64,000 nucleotides of DNA, taken from contig JADKFC010000006.1 of NCBI GenBank assembly GCA_016717655.1, positions 162,857-226,856 on the forward strand, in the 5' to 3' direction. Of this stretch, positions 10,856 to 19,100 are shown piece by piece. Each line of letters starts with the position of its first letter. Within the stretch, counting starts at the first letter, position 1. Made by a program: the position numbers and the translations under genes. The DNA comes from Saprospiraceae bacterium. Its GTDB lineage: Bacteria; Bacteroidota; Bacteroidia; Chitinophagales; Saprospiraceae. The notes under the pieces are model-generated. The model made no database searches. It was not told the DNA's origin and saw nothing but the letters and a program-made list of their open reading frames with translations.

Positions 10856-11020
10856 ATTTAAGTTTATATATAAGTATTTTATTAAGAGATGTATATGTAT
10901 TATAAAAATATGTATATAAATTAAAATTAAGGGTTAACCCGTAGAAAATCAGGTCCAAAAAAATGTTGATTTTTTTATTCTAAGCTATTGTATTTCAATA
11001 TTTTGGTATATATTTGAAAG

Positions 11021-13117
11021 TTGATGGTTGACAAGACCTTCAGCAGAACTCAATTAACAACCAAAACTAGAATGATGAGCCTAAGAGGAGCCACGTCCCT
11101 TGGGGTGCGTATTAAGCACCATTTCACCCGATTTACTTTCATATTTATTTTCCTGGTAGCTTTGATGTCTCCAGATCAATTGAGGTCCCAGATATTGTTC
11201 AGTGAGGATTTTGATAACATTCCAGGTCCCACAGCTGGTGGGCCAGGTACCTATGTCTTCCCTTCCGGATGGACCCTGGTCAATGTAGACAATAAAATAC
11301 CTGAACCTGGAGTAGTTTATGTAAATGATGCCTGGGAGAGAAGAGAAGATTTTTCTTTCAATGTTGTTGACTCAGCTGCTTTTAGCACATCATGGCATGC
11401 TCCTCAGGGTGCGGCTGATGATTGGATGTGGACACCTGTAATAGGTCCCCTGACCGCGAATAGTCTTCTTTCATGGAATGCAGTAGCTTATGACCCTGCT
11501 TTTAGAGATGGGTATGAAGTTAGAATCATGGTTGCCCCTAACGTACCAACTGGTAGTGCCGGAAATTTGGGCAATATGGTAACTAACTCCACTGTTTTAT
11601 TCAGCACATCTGCAGAGAATAGCACCTGGACCACAAGAAGTGTTTCATTGGCCGCCTATGCAGGACAAAACGTGTACATTGGATTTAGAAATAATTCAAA
11701 CGATAAATTTCTTTTGTTGATTGATGATGTCGTGGTAGAAAACATCAACAGCATTGACATTACTCAATTTTCCTATAAGCCTAGTTCCGAATTTTCAACC
11801 ATTCCTGGTTTAATGAATTATCCCCTTGCAGTTGAAGGTACCTTAAAGAACATTGGCTTTAACTCGGTCAGCAATCCTCAAATGCAAGCCAGGATTACCG
11901 ATGGTAGCTCAATGGTAGTATACAACAATACTTCTACCGGTGGAGCGGCTACTTTAGCGCCCAATGCCACCCTGGTCAAAACTTTGACCAATTATAATAC
12001 CACTTCGACAGGTGTTTATAACATTGAATACATTGCCAAAATTACAGAAGCAGACGAAGATACCTCGAATGATACCCTTACAGCTGCATTTGAAATTGTG
12101 GATTCAACCTTTGCTCGTGACATCAGTCCTATAACTGGTGCTCTCGGTATAGGAGCAGGAGATGGAGGGTATTTAGGATCTGAATATTATATTACCGCTG
12201 ATGCCAGGATGACTTCAGTTGGAATCTACTTAAATGATTTGAAAGCCCCTGGCAAATATGGACTGGCTGTATTTAAAATTCAGAATGGTGTCCCTACCAC
12301 TCAACTGTATGCTTCACCTGCCTACACATCCGGTGGAATACTTGATTCTTTTTTTATTATCCCGGTAGATCCTCCATTGAGTGTATCAACAAACGACACT
12401 GTGGTCGTTTGTGCGGTTGAAATAGATTCTACACTTTCTGTTGGCACAACCCAAGACATCTTTACACTTGGCGCCAACTGGGTAAATTGGCCGTCAAGCC
12501 CTTTCGGTGGCTGGGCAAATGTGGAACAATTTGGAGGTCCATTCCAAAGAGCATTTGTCATCAGACCTAATTTTGCAGATCCATTGGCTACGGTTGTAGC
12601 AAGTCCTGAAAATCAAACAGTTTGTTCAGGTGAGTTGGTTAATATAACAACTACACCTTCGCCGCCTACTTCTACGGTGAGTTGGACCCGCAATCAGACC
12701 ATGGCGGTTACAGGCATGGCTGCCTCAGGTTCAGGACCGGTGAGTGGCATATTGAACAATACAACTGGTGCTGATGTAACTGTCATGTTTATTTTCACGC
12801 CTACGTTCAATAGTATGCCAGGTGTGCCGGATACTGCTTATGTTACAGTTAAACCCAATCCAGTTATTTCATCGGTAGTTGTAAATCAACCTGTATTTCC
12901 AAGTCCGATGGGCAGTATCGTTGTGAATGCAACAGGAAGTTCACCTCTCAACTATTCATTAAATGGAGGTATGCCTCAGGCTTCTAATATATTTAATAAT
13001 TTAAATGCGGGTAGTTATAACGTGGCAGTTTCCTATGCCACTGCACCAGCCGCCAGGTGGCCTATGCATCCAATCCCGCCATTGTCAATGGAGTTAATTA
13101 CAGAAAGACCAATTTGA
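11021..13117 (+). CDS. Adhesin fragment 1/7: signal peptide, choice-of-anchor-J/MAM-like N-terminal domain, Ig-like modules, SprB-like repeat
   Basis: ILFSEDFDNIPG...DDWMWTPVI...YEVRIMVAP, and later GSIVVNATGSSPLNYSLNGG...LNAGSYNVAV. Confidence 0.75.
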   Translation: MMVDKTFSRTQLTTKTRMMSLRGATSLGVRIKHHFTRFTFIFIFLVALMSPDQLRSQILFSEDFDNIPGPTAGGPGTYVFPSGWTLVNVDNKIPEPGVVYVNDAWERREDFSFNVVDSAAFSTSWHAPQGAADDWMWTPVIGPLTANSLLSWNAVAYDPAFRDGYEVRIMVAPNVPTGSAGNLGNMVTNSTVLFSTSAENSTWTTRSVSLAAYAGQNVYIGFRNNSNDKFLLLIDDVVVENINSIDITQFSYKPSSEFSTIPGLMNYPLAVEGTLKNIGFNSVSNPQMQARITDGSSMVVYNNTSTGGAATLAPNATLVKTLTNYNTTSTGVYNIEYIAKITEADEDTSNDTLTAAFEIVDSTFARDISPITGALGIGAGDGGYLGSEYYITADARMTSVGIYLNDLKAPGKYGLAVFKIQNGVPTTQLYASPAYTSGGILDSFFIIPVDPPLSVSTNDTVVVCAVEIDSTLSVGTTQDIFTLGANWVNWPSSPFGGWANVEQFGGPFQRAFVIRPNFADPLATVVASPENQTVCSGELVNITTTPSPPTSTVSWTRNQTMAVTGMAASGSGPVSGILNNTTGADVTVMFIFTPTFNSMPGVPDTAYVTVKPNPVISSVVVNQPVFPSPMGSIVVNATGSSPLNYSLNGGMPQASNIFNNLNAGSYNVAVSYATAPAARWPMHPIPPLSMELITERPI

Positions 13118-16100
13118 TTGCAGGGGCATCTCCTTTCCAGGACTCCATGTGGCTAGTAAATTTGGACCTATTGACAGTTGTAAGAAGACTAGGCCCAACC
13201 CTTCCCGGTTTTACGATAACGGGTATCAACGGTTTAACTACCCACCCAACTACAGGGGAGCATTATGCGATTTTAAAAGTATCTGGAGTGAGTGGAAGAA
13301 TTCTGGCTAAGATCAATGCATTAACAGGTGTTTGTACCCAAATTGGAAACCTGGGTGATAACTTTTCTTCTATCTCTTTTAGAGATGATGGTCAACTTTT
13401 GGCGTAACCGGTGATGGAGCCACTGTGCCTGAAACCATGTATTTGATTGACCATACCAATGCTACCAAAGTCTTTGCGACATCCCTCGGAAATGGCGCTG
13501 ATGGTGAGGTAATACTTCACGTGCCAGAAAGCAATGCATTTTATCACTGGAGTGGCAACAGCACTATGGTATTTGAAAAAATTCAAGATACACCGCCTTA
13601 TTCGATTACAAATATTCCCGTTTCTGGAGCCCCTGGTGGTGAAACATTTGGAGCCTATTATCTTGGAGGCGGAGAAATTCTTATAAGTAACATTGCTTCC
13701 AGTTTTAAACTCTGGGATACTGTAGGAGTTGTTGCTCTGGGTTCGCTAATGTCGCTTCCCGACGATATGAGGGGCCTGATCAATCAATGTTGTTCATCCT
13801 CGGTGACTGCCGTTGGCTCAACTATGTTTTGTGGAGATCCGGTTGAACTTCAAGTTATCGGAGGTGAAAGTGCCTTTCAATGGTACTTAAATGGATCTGC
13901 TATACCAAATGCAGATAATTCTACCTATCAGGCAACAATGCCGGGCTTGTACAACTGTATTTACACAGATAGTTGTGGAGTAAGAGACAGTGTTGAAGTG
14001 GGCATTCAGGTTACTACGGGCAATGCAGCTACCTCCAATGCTGGTCAAGATGTCACTATTTGTGCATCGACCACCACCATCAGCCTTTTAGGAGTCATAG
14101 GTGGCACCGTAAGTACAGGTACTTGGTCTACAACAGGAACAGGATCTTTTCTCCTTCCACATCTACCCTCAATGCCATCTACACATTCAGTGCAGCAGAC
14201 ACTGCTGCTAATGCTGTTACTTTGATATTGACCTCAGCAGATCCGGCAGGAGCTTGCCCTTCAGCCATTGATTCAATGGTTCTCACCATTGATCCGGCTT
14301 CTATTATCAATGCAGGGCCTGACCAGACAGTTTGTGCTAGTGACACATTATTTTTAAATGCAACACTTAGTGGTGTTGCCAATATGATGGTGTGGCAGTT
14401 AAATTCAGCCTTTGGTAGCTTTGTTGGGCCCGATACCTCACCTAATGCCAAATTTGTATTGAATGCCAATGGTATGGCACAAAGTAGCATCAGTTTTGGT
14501 GCTATGTCCAATGATCCGGGCAACAATGTATGCCAGGGTGGGCTTGATACCGTTGTCTTTTTTATCAATCCTAAGGCCATTGCCAATGCTGGTAATGATA
14601 CTACTGTATGTGCATCAACCATTCAGATACCATTACACGGAAATATAGGGGGTGCTGCCTCCAATGCGAGCTGGTCTACCAGCGGAACCGGAACATTTAT
14701 TCCTTCCAATACTGCACTCAATGCATCTTATGTGTTTTCTGCAGCAGATACCGCAGCCAATGAAGTTTTTTTAATTCTTACCACCAACGATCCCACTGGC
14801 TTATGCGGTCCGGACACTGATTCCTTGAGGGTTCAGATCGATCCGGCATCTATTATTAATGTAGGGCCTGACCAGATTGTTTGTGCCAGTGATACCCTCT
14901 ATTTAAATGCTACACTTAGTGGTGTTGCCAATATGATGGTGTGGCAGTTAAATTCAGCTTTTGGCAGCTTTGTAGGTCCAGATACTTCACCCAATGCCAA
15001 ATTTGTATTGAATGCCAATGGTATGGCACAAAGTAGCATCAGTTTTGGAGCTATGTCCAATGATCCGGGCAACAATGTATGCCAGGGTGGGGTTGATACT
15101 GTTGTCTATTTTATCAATTCTAATGCCGTTGCCAATGCCGGTAATGATACTACTGTATGTGCATCGACCATTCAAATACCATTACACGGAAATATAGGAG
15201 GCGCTGCCTCCAATGCGAGCTGGTCTACCAGCGGAACAGGAACTTTTGTTCCTTCCAATACAGCACTCAATGCATCTTATGTGTTTTCTGCTGCCGATAC
15301 CGCTGCCAATGAAGTTTATTTAATTCTTACTACCAACGATCCTACTGGCTTATGTGGTCCGGACACTGATTCCTTGAGGGTTCAGATAGATCCGGCATCA
15401 ATTATCAATGCAGGGCCCGATCAGACAGTTTGTGCCAGTGATACACTCTATTTAAATGCAACACTTAGTGGTGTTACCAACATGATGGTGTGGCAGTTAA
15501 ACTCAGCTTTTGGTAGTTTTGTAGGACCAGATACCTCACCCAATGCCAAATTTGTATTGAACGCAAATGGAATGGCCCAGACCAGCATCAGTTTTGGAGC
15601 TATGTCCAATGATCCAGGCAACAATGTATGCCAGGGTGGAGTCGACACGGTTGTTTATTTCATTAATCCTAAAGCCATTGTGGATGCAGGTGCCAATCAG
15701 ACGATATGCTCAAGCACAGCTTCTGTAAGTCTTTCTGGTACAATAGGAGGTTCAGCTTCTTCAGCAACTTGGTCTGGAGGAAGTGGAAGTTTTGCCAATG
15801 CCAATTCTTTGAACACTACTTACAATATAGGAGCGGGTGATATTACTGCAGGTTCCGTTAAACTTTTCCTGACGACCAATGATCCGGCAGGTCCTTGTCG
15901 ACCGGTAAGAGACTCAGTCATCATATCAATAGAAAGAGCAGCTACCGTTAATGCCGGAGCTGATCAACAGCTTTGTGCTAATAGCCCGGTAATTGCACTT
16001 GCAGGTACGATTGGAGGTTCTGCATCATCAGGTACCTGGATGGCACCACCATTGGCCGGCTCTTTTAGCCCTTCCAATCAACCGGTTTCCAATTATACTC

Positions 16101-19100
16101 CTACATTAGCTGAGATCAATAGCGGTTCTATAACCTTTACCCTGGTCACCAATGATCCTCAGGGGGTATGCCCGGCTGTTAGTGATGTAATGGTTGTACT
16201 AATTAATCCCGTTCCCAATGCAGTAGCTACACCGGCTAATCAAACTTCTTGTTCAGAATCAGCCATTACAACCATAGTACTTTCTGGAAATGCTGCAGGT
16301 ACGGTTTATTCATGGACAAGAACAAATCCAGCGGTAACAGGAATTCCAACTTCCGGCACTGGCAATATTGCAGGAACTTTGGTCAATGCAGGCTTAATTC
16401 CTGAGTTGGTTACTTTCACCATTACGCCAAGTTTCACACGCAATGGCTTTACCTGCACAGGAACGGCCATTAGTGCCACCATCACTGTGAACCCAAGACC
16501 TCAGGTAAATGTTGTTGCCAGTCAATTGTTATGTGCCAACACTCTAACCCAGGCCATTTCTTTCACAGGAGCACCTCCTTCTGCATTTTATACCTGGACC
16601 AATAACAACCCATCCATTGGTTTGGCAGCCAATGGAAGTGGTAATATTCCAGCATTTACAGCAATCAATAATACAGGTGCAGACATTATAGCCACCATTA
16701 CGGTAACACCTAATTATGCCAACGGCAACCTAACATGCCAGGGAGCTCCACGTGTATTTCCCATTACGGTATTTCCTTCCCTCGGTATTACACCCAAGCC
16801 AGATGTGGAAGTTTGTCAAGATGAAGCTATAAACCTGGGTATCAATTTTGTTCAATTGTGTCCTCCCCCCTATAGTTTCAACTGGACAGGGCCCAATGGA
16901 TTTACCTCTTCAGCCGCACCGGTAATTGATCCTTCCATTTGGAATATCCATACTGGTGTATATAATGTTACCATAACCGATGCAAAGGTTGTCGAGGAAC
17001 TGCCTCCATAGATGTAATTGTCAATCCAAGCCCAGAATTCACTCAACAGCCACAGGACATGTTTGTATGTGAAGGCAATACCGCGACAGTGAATAGCCTG
17101 GCATTCGTTGCCAATGGAAGCCCATTGAGTTACATCCTTCAAGTTCAGCAAGGTGCCGGATTCACAACTGTAGCAACCAATGCTACGGGCAGTTTTATCA
17201 TCCCAAATGTGAGTCCTGCCATGAATGGTAGCGTTTACCGAATATTGGCACATGCAGACCATAATCCAATGCCAGATTGTGAAACCTCATCTCAGTTGAT
17301 CCAACTCTTTGTGCAAAACGATCAGGGACTGGCATGTAACAATATGGTCAATTATTCCATTGATGAAAATTGTATCGGTCTCATTACCGCCGACATGGTC
17401 ATGGAGGGTGATTTTATAAACGATTTTTATATTATAACCTTAACCAATGCTGCAGGTCAACCAGTGCCTAATCCAATTGGTCAGGAGCATATTGGAGAAA
17501 TATTGACAGCTACCATAACAGATATCTGTACCGGCAATAGCTGTAGTGGAAATATTAGTATCGAGGATAAACTGGCGCCAATTGTGGAGTGTGATCTGCC
17601 TATGTGCGACCTCTTGACCCTCAGTGGTGAATGGGATAGCTCAGACAATGCTTTCTCTCCAGGTCAGTGTTGGGCCTTTGATGGCTTCACACCCAATCCA
17701 AATATATTGTACGATGTGCTTCAATTTACAGTGGCTGTAGGAGGCGATTATACCTTCACCATGGATGATTCACCTAATTATGATGGTATTGCCGGAATCT
17801 TTGCCGGTAACTTTGATGCCAATGATCCATGTGCTAATCTAATTGGAGGTGATGATGATATCAATGGTATTTTTGAAACAGAACCATCATTTACCATTAC
17901 CCTTACACCGGGCACCTACTATCTGGTGAGCAGTACCTGGACCTCAGGTCAAATGGGAATATACAACTGGACATTTAGTGGGCCGGCTGCACTGCAGACA
18001 CCATGCGACTTCACCTGTTTAGATAAAGAAGGAATATTAAATGGAGACATTGAGATTCCAGAGCCAGTAGTATTTGATTGTTCTGATTACACCGTCACCC
18101 ATAAAGTTACCGTAACCGGAGATGAATGTATTGGAGAAAACCTGGTGATTGAGTACCTGGTAAAAGATAAATTTGGTTATCAATCCAATTGTATTCAAAC
18201 CATTGCCATCAGACCATTGGGTATCGATGATGTTATATATCCAGTGAGTCCTGTAATATTGACATGCAATTCAGGGGTAAGTCCTGAAGAAATCAGCAAC
18301 TACTTTGAGGATGTAAGTTATGGATACCCGCATGTGTATAATTTCCTGGGGGACGTTCAGCCACTCGACAATTCCACTTGCAATGTGTATGCTGCTTACC
18401 ATGATGCAACCATTGCCGCTTGTGGTTACCAATGTCTTGGCAACTCTAAAGTGGTGCGCACATGGACCCTGTTAGATTGGTGTACTCAGGAAACAGCAAC
18501 GTACGTACAGATCATCAAAGCAGTAGATACCAAAGCACCAACCTTCATCGTAAAAGATGTAACCGTGAGTGTAAACCCATGGGGCTGTGTAGCAAACTTC
18601 CAGGCACCAATGCCATGGGAATTGCAGGATAACTGCGATGCACACCCAGTATGGTGGTTAGAAGGCCCAGCAGGAGTAGTAATTACAGGTAATTCAACAG
18701 ATGGATACTTTGTAACAGGCGCACCTAAAGGCACGCACGCATTTACATACAAAGCAGTAGACTGTTGCGGAAATATCGGAAGTGCAGTAGCATACATAAC
18801 TGTATTCGACAGAAGCGCACCGGTAGCAGTAGCTAAGCAGAACATCGTAATCAGTTTGACAGGATCAGGCACAGGCGGAGACGGAGCAGCGAAATTGTAT
18901 ACATGGCATGTAGACAATGGCAGCTACGATCACTGTACAGCAGTGAAGTTAGAGTTGAGAAGACCTGACGGAGCACCTGATTGTGGAAACTTAGGAATTG
19001 ATGACCACAACAACAACGTAACATTTGACGATGATGATTCAGCATCACCACAAGTAAGATGGGCACACCCACAAGATGACAGAGACGACACCGACAACGG

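Noticed and set aside
14291-15680. Diversity-generating retroelement (template/variable repeat pair) as an explanation for the near-identical adhesin repeats.
   Set aside because: No reverse transcriptase gene is nearby. Differences between copies are scattered, mostly synonymous third-position transitions rather than adenine-specific changes, and the copies lie in tandem and in frame.
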